From a virus: a stretch of 64,000 nucleotides of DNA. The stretch spans positions 49,654 to 113,653 of the IMG/VR virus record IMGVR_UViG_3300035670_000060; one strand, 5' to 3'. This document shows positions 9,661 through 19,256 of the stretch, in pieces. The notes beneath the pieces were generated by a model that ran no database searches, was not told the DNA's origin, and saw nothing but the letters and a program-made list of their open reading frames with translations. A program made the translations under genes and the position numbers. The number at the start of each line of letters is the position of its first letter. Within the stretch, counting starts at the first letter, position 1.

Positions 9661-12600
9661 GTAACTCTTTTCTCTAGTGCTTCAAGTCTACTCTTAAGTG
9701 CATCTATTTCATTCGACATCTCATTAATTGTATTGACAAGAACTGGTATCAAATGATCATTTGTCATTTGAAGTTTTTCCGGCATCTCTTTACTTACGAT
9801 GACAGGATTGTCACCTTCAGCCTCTAGAATGTTTTGTGCGCTGAAACCATATCGTTTTCTGGTATCCGTAATTTCACCAGTGTCTCGATTTTTAAATGAG
9901 AATTCAATTGGTGTAATCTTTCGAAGAAAATCTCTACCGTGTGGAACAGGTCCGAAGATTGTTTTGTCACGAACATCTGAAACAGTAGTCCAACCAATTT
10001 GAATTTGAGCGCAAGTATGTGCATTATTGCCCATGATGATGCGATTTGATTCAGTTGTGATATTAGCTAGACCAATTGTTCCAACAGCAGCATTGCATCC
10101 AAAGAAAAGATTGTTGCTGCCAGTGGTGTTACAGTAACCAGCACATTGACCAGCAAAGATGTTATTATTGCCAGTGGTGTTAGCAGCACCAGCAGCATTA
10201 CCAATGAAATTATTGTTAGAGCCAGTGGTGTTATTTAAACCAGCACTTTGACCAAAGAAATTATTACTACAGCCAGTGGTATTGCCATAACCAGCACTTG
10301 AACCAATGAAATTATTAAAACCGCCAGTGGTATTGTAGCGACCAGCACTTGCACCAAAGAAATTATTACTAGTGCCAGTGGTGTTGTTTAGACCAGCACT
10401 TGCACCAAAGAAATTATTACTAGTGCCAGTGGTGTTACTGCAACCAGCATTCACACCAATGAAATTATTGTAACTGCCAGTGGTGTTCTTGTAACCAGCA
10501 CGATTACCAATGAAATTGTTATGTCCGCCAGTTGTGTTATAGTAACCAGCACGATTACCAAAAAAATTATTTTGGCTGCCAGTGGTATTATAGTAGCCAG
10601 TTTGCCTACCAAAGAAATTATTATAATTGCCTGTGGTATTATAGAAACCTGCTAATGGACCAAAGAAATTGTTACAATTACCTGTTGTGTTACAGTAACC
10701 AGCACATGCACCAAAGAAATTATTAAAAAATCCAGTGGTATTATTGTTACCAGCCACGTAACCCATAAAATTATTATAAGCGCCTGTGGTGGTATTGCGA
10801 CCAGCACATAAACCAGCGAAGAAGTTGTAACAGGCATCGTTACAGTAACCAGCTGCTAAACCAATAAAAATATTACCAATGCCTGTGACGTTAAAGCGAC
10901 CTGCATCTTTTCCAAAGAAAGTATTATTGCTACCAGTTGTATTTTTACAACCAGCAAGATTACCAATGAAAGTGTTATAACTGCCATTAGTATTACAGAG
11001 ACCAGCACATTGACCAATGAAAGTATTGCCACTGCCAGTGGTATTGCCATAACCAGATACAAGACCAAAGAAATTATTATGACATCCAGTGGTGTTGCTG
11101 GAACCAGCTTGATTACCAAAGAAATTATTACAACTGCCAGTGGTATTAGTTATGCCAGCAGCATTACCAAAGAAATTATTATGACAGCCACTGCTATTGC
11201 CGCGACCAGCATATCGACCAAAGAAATTATTAAAACAGCCAGTAGTATTGTAGCGACCAGCACAACAACCAATGAAATTATTATAACTGCCAGTGGTATT
11301 GTAGCGACCAGCACAAAAACCAATAAAATTATTACTAGTGCCAGTGGTGTTAGAGAAACCAGCACATTGACCAAAGAAATTATTATTACAGCCAGTGGTA
11401 TTGGAGCGACCAGCACTTGGACCAAAGAAATTATTATTGCTGCCAGTGGTGTTACAGAAACCAGCCCATCTACCAAAGAAATTATTAAAACAGCCAGTGG
11501 TGTTATTGCGACCAGCACATAGACCAAAGAAATTATTATAGCTGCCTGTTGTGTTAACCAAACCAGCACTATTACCAATGAAATTATTATTGCTACCCGT
11601 CGTGTTACAGTAGCCAGCCGACTCACCAAAGAAATTATTATGACTGCCTGTTGTGTTAAAGCGTCCGGTATAATAACCAAAGAAATTATTATTGCTGCCT
11701 GTTGTGTTCAAACAACCAGCACTTCCACCAAAGAAATTATTCTTCCAGCCTGTTGTGTTACATAAACCAGCACAACGACCAAAGAAATTATTATAGCTGC
11801 CTGCTGTGTTAAAGTAACCAGCACTTAGACCAAAGAAATTATTACAGCCGCCTGTTGTGTTACAGAAACCAGCACTTTGACCAAAGAAATTATTATTACA
11901 GCCAGTGGTGTTACTGTAACCAGCAGCGCAACCAAAGAAATTATTGTGATTGCCAATTGTATTGGAAAAACCAGCACTTTGACCAAAAAAGTTATTCCAA
12001 GCACCACTGATATTACACATACCAGCACAAAGACCAGCAAAGAAGTTACAACCGCCAATGATATTGTAGCGACCAGCATTTAAACCGATAAAAGTATTAT
12101 GACAGCCTGTTGTATTACAGAAACCTGCACATCGATTAATAAAGGTATTATATTTGCCATTGGTATTAAAACGACCAGCATCACGACCAAGGAAAATATT
12201 ATCATTACCATCGATATTAGCGTAACCAGCACATTGACCAGCAAAGAAGTTATAACTGCCAGTGATGTTACAGTAACCAGCAGCGCAACCAAAGAAATTA
12301 TTATTACATCCAGTGGTATTATTAATACCAGCAAAATGACCAAAGAAATTATTAAATCTAGCAGTGGTGGTAGAACGACCTGCTTGATTACCAATGAAAG
12401 TATTACCAAATCCAGTGGTATTAGCGTAACCAGCATAGTAACCAATGAAATTATTAGAACCACCAGTGGTGTTACAGTAACCAGCACATGTACCAGCAAA
12501 GAAGTTATGACAGCCAGTGGTATTACTGTAACCAGCAAGATAACCAAAGAAATTATTCATACTGCCAGTGGTGTTACTGTAACCAGCACATAAACCTGCG

Positions 12601-14186
12601 AAAAAGTTATGACTACCAGTGGTGTTACATAAACCAGCACATGCACCAATAAAAGTATTATGACTGCCAGTGGTGTTAAAGCGACCAGCGCATAAACCTG
12701 CGAAAAAGTTATAGCTACCGTAGTTATTGGCTAAACCAGCACTGTTACCGAAGAAATTATTGTGACTGCCAGCATTCAAATAACCAGCAAAATGACCAAA
12801 GCTATTATTATTACAACCAGTAATGCTAAGAAAACCAGCATAGCGACCAAGGTAATTATTATGACTGCCAGTGGTATTGGAGCGACCAGCTTGATTACCA
12901 AAAAAGTTATTATAACAACCAGTGGTGTTAAGACGACCAGCAGCTAGACCAAAGAAATTATTAAAACTGCCAGTGGTGTTATTGCAACCAGCACTTTGAC
13001 CAAAGAAATTATTACCAGCGCCAGTGGTGTTACGAAAACCACTATTACATCCTAAAAAGTTATTAAAACTGCCAGTGGTGGTGGCAAAACCTGAAGAAAA
13101 ACCTGCGAAGAAGTTATGACATCCAGTGGTGTTACAGAAACCAGCACATTGACCGAAGAAAATATTACCAGCGCCAGTGGTGTTATTGTAACCAGCATAT
13201 TGACCAATGAAAATATTAAAACATCCTGTGGTGTTGTAGCGACCAGCACAGGAACCAGCAAAGAAGTTGTGACTACCAGTGCTATTGGCATAACCAGTAT
13301 AACAACCAAAGAAATTATTATGAGATCCTGTGGTGTTATTGAGACCAGCAGCAAGACCTAAAAAATTATTCCAACTACCTGTAGTGTTATTTCTACCTGA
13401 ATTATTACCAATGTAATTATTATTACAGCCTGTAGTATTGTTACGACCTGTATATTTTCCAATAAAATTATTGTTAGATGCTGTTTCATTATATAATCCA
13501 GCACCTTTACCAAAGAAATTATTGTAAGAACCTGTGCTATTATACTTACCAGCTTCATGACCAAAGAAATTGTTATAACATCCGCTACTATTACATCGTC
13601 CAGCATTTAAACCAAAAATATTATTAAAACATCCTGTAGTGTTAATACAACCAGCATTTTGACCTAAGAAAATGTTCCAACTACCAGCTAAGTTGCATCG
13701 GCCAGCAGATTCACCTAAAAAGATATTACTGACGCCAGTGGTGTTACAAAAACCAGCTCGTGATCCTGCAAAAAAGTTGCTGCTTCCTCCACCAAAATTA
13801 CATGACATGCCACTTATTATATTGCAATTACCTTTAGTTACAAATGCACTTGTAGTTTTTTCTGTATACCATGCACCACCTGATGCAAAAATTCGTGTGC
13901 CTTGTTCTCTATACAATATAATAGATGCTCTACCGTCATCGATAGTTTCAGCACCTTGCGGATCAATAGTTAAATTAAACGCTACGTTATTGAAAATTTT
14001 AAATGACATTCCCTCGGAACTTGCTGCTGGAGGTAAATTGATCGTCCCCGCTGCTGTTCCGTTATAAACAATGATGTCATTATTATCTTCAGGAGATACC
14101 GTATATGCACTCGCAGTGATATTTTTGGTAAGTTCTCTATAAGGAACTTGACTGTTGAGTGCCGATATCTGATAAGGTCTTGCCAT
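9657..14186 (-). CDS. Long fibre protein with ~90 14-aa beta-helix repeats and C-terminal Peptidase_S74 intramolecular chaperone
   Basis: NTTGxxNxFFGxxAGxx repeats; WTTVSDVRDK..YGFSAQ..LIPVLVNTINEM + coiled coil. Confidence 0.88.
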   Translation of the reverse strand: MARPYQISALNSQVPYRELTKNITASAYTVSPEDNNDIIVYNGTAAGTINLPPAASSEGMSFKIFNNVAFNLTIDPQGAETIDDGRASIILYREQGTRIFASGGAWYTEKTTSAFVTKGNCNIISGMSCNFGGGSSNFFAGSRAGFCNTTGVSNIFLGESAGRCNLAGSWNIFLGQNAGCINTTGCFNNIFGLNAGRCNSSGCYNNFFGHEAGKYNSTGSYNNFFGKGAGLYNETASNNNFIGKYTGRNNTTGCNNNYIGNNSGRNNTTGSWNNFLGLAAGLNNTTGSHNNFFGCYTGYANSTGSHNFFAGSCAGRYNTTGCFNIFIGQYAGYNNTTGAGNIFFGQCAGFCNTTGCHNFFAGFSSGFATTTGSFNNFLGCNSGFRNTTGAGNNFFGQSAGCNNTTGSFNNFFGLAAGRLNTTGCYNNFFGNQAGRSNTTGSHNNYLGRYAGFLSITGCNNNSFGHFAGYLNAGSHNNFFGNSAGLANNYGSYNFFAGLCAGRFNTTGSHNTFIGACAGLCNTTGSHNFFAGLCAGYSNTTGSMNNFFGYLAGYSNTTGCHNFFAGTCAGYCNTTGGSNNFIGYYAGYANTTGFGNTFIGNQAGRSTTTARFNNFFGHFAGINNTTGCNNNFFGCAAGYCNITGSYNFFAGQCAGYANIDGNDNIFLGRDAGRFNTNGKYNTFINRCAGFCNTTGCHNTFIGLNAGRYNIIGGCNFFAGLCAGMCNISGAWNNFFGQSAGFSNTIGNHNNFFGCAAGYSNTTGCNNNFFGQSAGFCNTTGGCNNFFGLSAGYFNTAGSYNNFFGRCAGLCNTTGWKNNFFGGSAGCLNTTGSNNNFFGYYTGRFNTTGSHNNFFGESAGYCNTTGSNNNFIGNSAGLVNTTGSYNNFFGLCAGRNNTTGCFNNFFGRWAGFCNTTGSNNNFFGPSAGRSNTTGCNNNFFGQCAGFSNTTGTSNNFIGFCAGRYNTTGSYNNFIGCCAGRYNTTGCFNNFFGRYAGRGNSSGCHNNFFGNAAGITNTTGSCNNFFGNQAGSSNTTGCHNNFFGLVSGYGNTTGSGNTFIGQCAGLCNTNGSYNTFIGNLAGCKNTTGSNNTFFGKDAGRFNVTGIGNIFIGLAAGYCNDACYNFFAGLCAGRNTTTGAYNNFMGYVAGNNNTTGFFNNFFGACAGYCNTTGNCNNFFGPLAGFYNTTGNYNNFFGRQTGYYNTTGSQNNFFGNRAGYYNTTGGHNNFIGNRAGYKNTTGSYNNFIGVNAGCSNTTGTSNNFFGASAGLNNTTGTSNNFFGASAGRYNTTGGFNNFIGSSAGYGNTTGCSNNFFGQSAGLNNTTGSNNNFIGNAAGAANTTGNNNIFAGQCAGYCNTTGSNNLFFGCNAAVGTIGLANITTESNRIIMGNNAHTCAQIQIGWTTVSDVRDKTIFGPVPHGRDFLRKITPIEFSFKNRDTGEITDTRKRYGFSAQNILEAEGDNPVIVSKEMPEKLQMTNDHLIPVLVNTINEMSNEIDALKSRLEALEKRVT
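10100..13800. repeat. 42-bp degenerate tandem repeat array (fibre 1)
   Basis: Recurrent ccaaagaaattatt...gccagtggtgtta...accagca units. Confidence 0.9.
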
Positions 14187-14188
14187 TT

Positions 14189-14671
14189 TTAGTAGTCTCC
14201 GCCTATTGCGTCTATTGCGATTGCGATATTTGTGCCGCCAGCAGCGACAGTAGTTCCCGCATAAATTCTATAAGTTGCAGGTAAATTCAATCCACCTAAT
14301 GGAAGTAACAATGGGTATGTAGTCATTCCTGCTGTCGCTAAAGCTGCAACTGCTGTTGCAGGAATTGTAACTTCACCAAAAAATATATTGTTTCCTGCTG
14401 TCGTATTTGCTGATCCATTATTTATCCAAAATCTTACAACGGTTGCACTTGATGTTCCTGATGCTGTTGCTCCGTTAGTAGATGCTAATCGACAAGTGAT
14501 TTGATCAACTCTCGAACCATTTGCACCAGCAGTATATATAAGTGCCATGGCCGTGCCTGTCGCTTGTGTACCGTCAAATGCTCCAGTGTTTGTCATTGCG
14601 GTTGATAGGCGAACATTTAAGGCACCTACGTTTGGCGTTTGTGCGAAGATTGGTGTTGCTGTTACTGGCAT
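14189..14671 (-). CDS. Small virion protein / fibre adaptor
   Basis: 160-aa A/T/G-rich beta protein ending GGDY, between two fibre genes. Confidence 0.6.
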   Translation of the reverse strand: MPVTATPIFAQTPNVGALNVRLSTAMTNTGAFDGTQATGTAMALIYTAGANGSRVDQITCRLASTNGATASGTSSATVVRFWINNGSANTTAGNNIFFGEVTIPATAVAALATAGMTTYPLLLPLGGLNLPATYRIYAGTTVAAGGTNIAIAIDAIGGDY

Positions 14672-14673
14672 GA

Positions 14674-17600
14674 TTAAAATCCTCCAAAATTAGTTGCTAA
14701 GTATAAATTGCTTCCCGGTGAAGATCCTGAAGATCCTATGGGAGATCCATTGACACACATACCTGTGCTGTCCACTCGAATTCGTTCTGTTGATCCTGCT
14801 GCAAGAATGATTGTACCCGACAAAGTTGATGTTCCTGATACACTACCTAAAATAATATTATTATTACCTGTTGTAATTGATGAACCTGCACTTTGACCTA
14901 TAAAAATATTATTGTTTGCTGTAGTATTGCCAGTGCCCGCACCAGATCCAATAAAGGTGTTATAAGATCCAGATGTATTATTCCATCCAGCAATAGATCC
15001 CATAAAGATATTATTGTTTCCGATCGTATTTTGAATGCCAGCACTTGGCCCCATAAAAATATTGTTAACACCTACTGTATTTCTGAAACCTGTTAAATGA
15101 CCAATAAAAGTGTTATAACTGCCAGTAGTATTGCAGCAACCTGCATTACGACCAAAGAAATTATTACTTGCACCTGAAACATTAAAGAAACCAGCACCAC
15201 AACCAAAGAAATTATTATGACTGCCACTGGTGTTACAGTAACCAGCACACAAACCAGCAAAGAAGTTATAACTGCCAGTATTATTATTGTAACCAGCACT
15301 GTTACCAATGAAATTATTATGACAGCCAGTGGTATTGGAGCGACCAGCAGTTAGACCAAAGAAATTATTATGACATCCAGTGGTATTATTTTGACCAGCA
15401 TACGAACCAAAGAAATTATTACAACTGCCAATGGTATTATTACGACCTACTAGATAACCAAAGAAATTATTATTAGAGCCGGTAGTACTAAAAAGACCAG
15501 CACAAAAACCAAAGAAATTATTACAAGTGCCAGTGGTGTTACTGTAACCAGCACATGCACCAATGAAATTATTATTACTGCCAGTGGTGTTACAGAAACC
15601 AGCACTTCGACCGAAGAAATTATTATAACTGCCAGTGGTGTTAGAGAAACCAGCACAGAAACCAAAGAAATTATTCTGACCGCCAGTGGTGTTAGAGCAA
15701 CCAGCATTTCTACCAAAGAAATTATTAGAACTGCCAGTGGTGTTAAAGATACCGGCACGATTACCAAAGAAATTATTCTGACCGCCAGTGGTGTTATATG
15801 AACCAGCAAAAACACCAAAGAAATTATTATAACTGCCAGTGGTGTTAGAGAAACCAGCACGATTACCAATGAAATTGTTATAAGCGCCAGTGGTGTTACA
15901 GCGACCAGCTAATTGACCAAAGAAATTATTAGAACTGCCAGTGGTGTTACTGCAACCAGCAAGATTACCAATGAAAACATTATGGCAGCCAGTGGTATTA
16001 CAGTAACCAGCACAATTACCAGCAAAGAAGTTAAAACAGCCAATGGTATTATAGCGACCAGCACTTGAACCAAAGAAATTATTGTGACTGCCAGTGGTGT
16101 TACAGTAACCGGCACTTGCACCGGCAAAGAAGTTATTTGTTCCTGTTGATGCTTGTGCTGGTGCTCCATAACCAGCATTTTCACCTAAAAATATGTTATT
16201 ACTACCAACGTGTCTGGTTCCAGCAGCCTGTCCTATGACAACATTACATGTTGGACCACCAAGGGCAAAACTGCCTGCTGCATGACCTATATAAACATTT
16301 CCCACTCCTGTAGTCATACATTGACCTACAAGAGTGCCCATTAGAACATTATTACTGCATGTGTTTTTTCGACCTGCGTTCCAACCTAAATATACGTTAT
16401 AAAACGCTTCAGCATTACAATGTCCTGCATAAGCGCCTAAAAATGTGTTCCCGGAACCACAAGTATTGTATCTACCTGTATTAGTTCCAATAAAAGTATT
16501 TAATTTTCCGTATATGCCGTCTGGTTGAATTGTTCTTTCACCAGAAAATCTACCTATAAAAATACTATCTGCGCCAGTAGTATTACAATAACCAGCACAT
16601 TGACCAGCAAAGAAGTTATAACTGCCAGTAGTGTTATTTTGACCGGCACTGTTACCAAAGAAATTATTACCTGCGCCAGTGGTATTGAAGCGACCAGCAT
16701 ACATACCAAAGAAATTATTATAACTTCCAGTGGTATTGCAATAACCAGTGCTTTGACCAATGAAATTATTATGCTTTCCAGTGGTATTGAAGGTACCAGC
16801 ACATGCACCAAAGAAATTATTGTAGGAACCTCCGTTAATTCTATATCCTGCAAATGCGCCAAATAAATTATTATGACTGCCGATGTTTAATTGAGTCGAA
16901 TTGAGACCATAACCAGCACTACAACCAAAGAAATTATTATTAGATCCTATTGAATTACAAAATCCAGCAAAAGATCCTATGTAATTATTATTGGTACCTG
17001 ATGTATTAAATCTACCAGCACATTGACCAGCAAAGAAATTGCGTTCACCGTGACCTAAACCTAAACATCCTCTTGAATTACAGAAGCCCGCTTCAAGACC
17101 AATAAAAGTATTATGACAACCTGTTGTGTTTTTGAAACCAGCACAACGACCAGCAAAGAAGTTATGACTGCCAGTAGTGTTATATGCACCAGCTTGAAAA
17201 CCAAAAAAGCTGTTATGTGCTCCAGTTGTATTACAAAAACCGGTTCCACATCCTATGAAAATATTACAACCGCCAGTTGTATTATAATTACCAGCACTTG
17301 ATCCAGCAAAGAAGTTAAAACTTCCAGTAGTGTTACATGCACCAGCTGCTGATCCTAAAAAAGTGTTATCTGATCCAGATGTGTTTTTATATCCTGCACT
17401 GTCACCTACAAAAATATTTCTTACACCAACTGTATTACAATAACCTGCGTTACATCCTAAAAAAGTATTCCAGCGACCTGATGTATTGCTAAAAGCAGTA
17501 CCACAACCAATGAAAATATTATGATTACCAGTGGTGTTACAGATACCAGCACATTGACCCGCAAAGAAGTTATCCGTTCCAGTGCCGCCAGTTCCGCTCA

Positions 17601-19011
17601 AACAGCTTGTAATATTTCTTGTACCACATACGGAAAATATGGAAGCTGGTATACTGATTCCTGTTAATGATCCACCATCACCAAAAAATTTTGTAGCGGT
17701 TATGTTATTAGCAGTAAAAGAACCTGAAGCATCTCTAGCAACAATTGTTGAAGCACCATTTGCTGACGCTGCTGTTGTTCTTGCGTTATCTAATGTTCCA
17801 GTTGCTACGTTAGATGCGTTTAAAAATGTGAGCCCAGAACCATTACCAGAAATAGATGTTGATGTTATAGCGTTAGCAGTAAAAGAGCCTGAAGCATCTC
17901 TAGCAACGATTGTTGAAGCACCGTTAGCGGATGCTGCTGTTGTTCTTGCGTTATCTAATGTTCCAGTTGCTACGTTAGATGCGTTTAGATTTGTTAAAGT
18001 ATTTCCACTTCCAACAAAATGAAGTGCAGATACGTTTCCTGATACAGATAGACTATCGCCAACTGTGTTTAGTGTAGCATCTCCAAGATATAATGTGGAT
18101 CCAGAAAGATACAAGTCTTTAAATCTGGATGAACTACTTCCTAAATCATACGTGACATCTACTGAAGGTATTACATTTCCTGATACAGTAAGATTTCCAA
18201 GAGATACGTTCGCAATTCTATACTGTGCATTTGATGTATCAATGTTTGTGTTTGTTCCAGGCTCAATAGGATAATTTTCAAAGAATTTCCATACGCCATC
18301 TGTAGCATCTCTGAACAAACCTGTGTGTACGTTAGCACTATCCGAAAGTCTTTGATAATGTCCAATAAAACCAATATCAACTGCATCGGTTACATTATTT
18401 TTTGCTAACTGAATAATATTATCTTCAACGATCAGATTGTTTGCTGTAACGGAAACTACATTACCTGTGAATGATACGTTTCCTGTTACAACAAGGTCCT
18501 GAAAAGTAACTGATGATGCTGTTCCTAAATCTTGGCCAATCGACGCTACATAGGAGCCACCATCTGTTGTTACAATTTGAAAGTTTGCATTACTGCTATG
18601 ATAATTATACGCTGATACTGACGCAACGTCTACGTTTGCTGCTGACGTTACACGACCCTGAGCATCAATAATAAGTTGAGGTATTTTTGTTGTTGATCCG
18701 TATGTTCCTGATGTTACCGTTGTATTATCTAAATTAATGATTAAATTATTAGAACTTGTAGCTATGCTTGTTGAAATTCCATTCGTGCCACCAATTGTAA
18801 AAACTTCTGATGAAATTGCTACATTATCTGTGCCAGTATTCGCTGAAACTTGAAGTATGCCTGCATTGCCAAGAATACTATTTGCCGTAACAACGTCTAC
18901 AACAAGCGTTCCTGTACCATCACTGAGTTTGTTAACTTCAGAAATGATATCATTGGTGCGAATTCTAAATTCATTGAATGTATTTGAAGTGACTACATTT
19001 GCAATTGCCAT
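14674..19011 (-). CDS. Long fibre protein with N-terminal virion anchor and ~60-65 14-aa repeats
   Basis: SNTFNEFRIRTN anchor, GTYGSTTKIP..DAQGRVTSA, YDLGSSSSRFKDLYLSG, NTTG repeats. Confidence 0.85.
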   Translation of the reverse strand: MAIANVVTSNTFNEFRIRTNDIISEVNKLSDGTGTLVVDVVTANSILGNAGILQVSANTGTDNVAISSEVFTIGGTNGISTSIATSSNNLIINLDNTTVTSGTYGSTTKIPQLIIDAQGRVTSAANVDVASVSAYNYHSSNANFQIVTTDGGSYVASIGQDLGTASSVTFQDLVVTGNVSFTGNVVSVTANNLIVEDNIIQLAKNNVTDAVDIGFIGHYQRLSDSANVHTGLFRDATDGVWKFFENYPIEPGTNTNIDTSNAQYRIANVSLGNLTVSGNVIPSVDVTYDLGSSSSRFKDLYLSGSTLYLGDATLNTVGDSLSVSGNVSALHFVGSGNTLTNLNASNVATGTLDNARTTAASANGASTIVARDASGSFTANAITSTSISGNGSGLTFLNASNVATGTLDNARTTAASANGASTIVARDASGSFTANNITATKFFGDGGSLTGISIPASIFSVCGTRNITSCLSGTGGTGTDNFFAGQCAGICNTTGNHNIFIGCGTAFSNTSGRWNTFLGCNAGYCNTVGVRNIFVGDSAGYKNTSGSDNTFLGSAAGACNTTGSFNFFAGSSAGNYNTTGGCNIFIGCGTGFCNTTGAHNSFFGFQAGAYNTTGSHNFFAGRCAGFKNTTGCHNTFIGLEAGFCNSRGCLGLGHGERNFFAGQCAGRFNTSGTNNNYIGSFAGFCNSIGSNNNFFGCSAGYGLNSTQLNIGSHNNLFGAFAGYRINGGSYNNFFGACAGTFNTTGKHNNFIGQSTGYCNTTGSYNNFFGMYAGRFNTTGAGNNFFGNSAGQNNTTGSYNFFAGQCAGYCNTTGADSIFIGRFSGERTIQPDGIYGKLNTFIGTNTGRYNTCGSGNTFLGAYAGHCNAEAFYNVYLGWNAGRKNTCSNNVLMGTLVGQCMTTGVGNVYIGHAAGSFALGGPTCNVVIGQAAGTRHVGSNNIFLGENAGYGAPAQASTGTNNFFAGASAGYCNTTGSHNNFFGSSAGRYNTIGCFNFFAGNCAGYCNTTGCHNVFIGNLAGCSNTTGSSNNFFGQLAGRCNTTGAYNNFIGNRAGFSNTTGSYNNFFGVFAGSYNTTGGQNNFFGNRAGIFNTTGSSNNFFGRNAGCSNTTGGQNNFFGFCAGFSNTTGSYNNFFGRSAGFCNTTGSNNNFIGACAGYSNTTGTCNNFFGFCAGLFSTTGSNNNFFGYLVGRNNTIGSCNNFFGSYAGQNNTTGCHNNFFGLTAGRSNTTGCHNNFIGNSAGYNNNTGSYNFFAGLCAGYCNTSGSHNNFFGCGAGFFNVSGASNNFFGRNAGCCNTTGSYNTFIGHLTGFRNTVGVNNIFMGPSAGIQNTIGNNNIFMGSIAGWNNTSGSYNTFIGSGAGTGNTTANNNIFIGQSAGSSITTGNNNIILGSVSGTSTLSGTIILAAGSTERIRVDSTGMCVNGSPIGSSGSSPGSNLYLATNFGGF
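14850..17590. repeat. 42-bp degenerate tandem repeat array (fibre 2), same unit as fibre 1
   Basis: Same repeat consensus as 10100-13800. Confidence 0.88.
17708..17987. repeat. Direct repeat, 2 x ~115 bp, period 165
   Basis: NASNVATGTLDNARTTAASANGASTIVARDASGSFTAN encoded twice. Confidence 0.9.
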
Positions 19012-19256
19012 TATTCTTTACTCTTTGTTATTGTTAGCAACAATTCCTTTATTTCTTGCAACTCAGATTTTAATTGTACAACTTCATTTCGAACTAACTC
19101 AATTTCGTTTCCTTGTTGAGAATTTCTTCTTCGTTGAATTCTGTATTTTAATAACGAATCATAGTCATTATTTAATAATGCTTTGGAATTTACATCACGT
19201 TCACCAAGACCAGAAACAACTTCTTTCATTTTTAATTTATCATGTTCATATCTCAT
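19011..19256 (-). CDS. Small coiled-coil protein downstream of VrlC-like gene
   Basis: GLGERDVNSKALLN..LKSELQEIKELL; coupled to both neighbours. Confidence 0.75.
   Translation of the reverse strand: MRYEHDKLKMKEVVSGLGERDVNSKALLNNDYDSLLKYRIQRRRNSQQGNEIELVRNEVVQLKSELQEIKELLLTITKSKE

Noticed and set aside
10532-17301. Many alternative-frame and antisense ORFs (VIIISLV, TKEIIITAS types)
   Set aside because: Shadows of the stop-poor repeat; no SD or independent signal
10100-17590. DGR-style diversification of fibre repeats (many variable codons look like NNY)
   Set aside because: No reverse transcriptase or template/variable repeat pair in the window; Q, W, K, M and E also occur; repeat drift explains it
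10100-17590. 42-bp periodic repeats as a CRISPR array
   Set aside because: In-frame coding repeats without unique spacers; no cas genes
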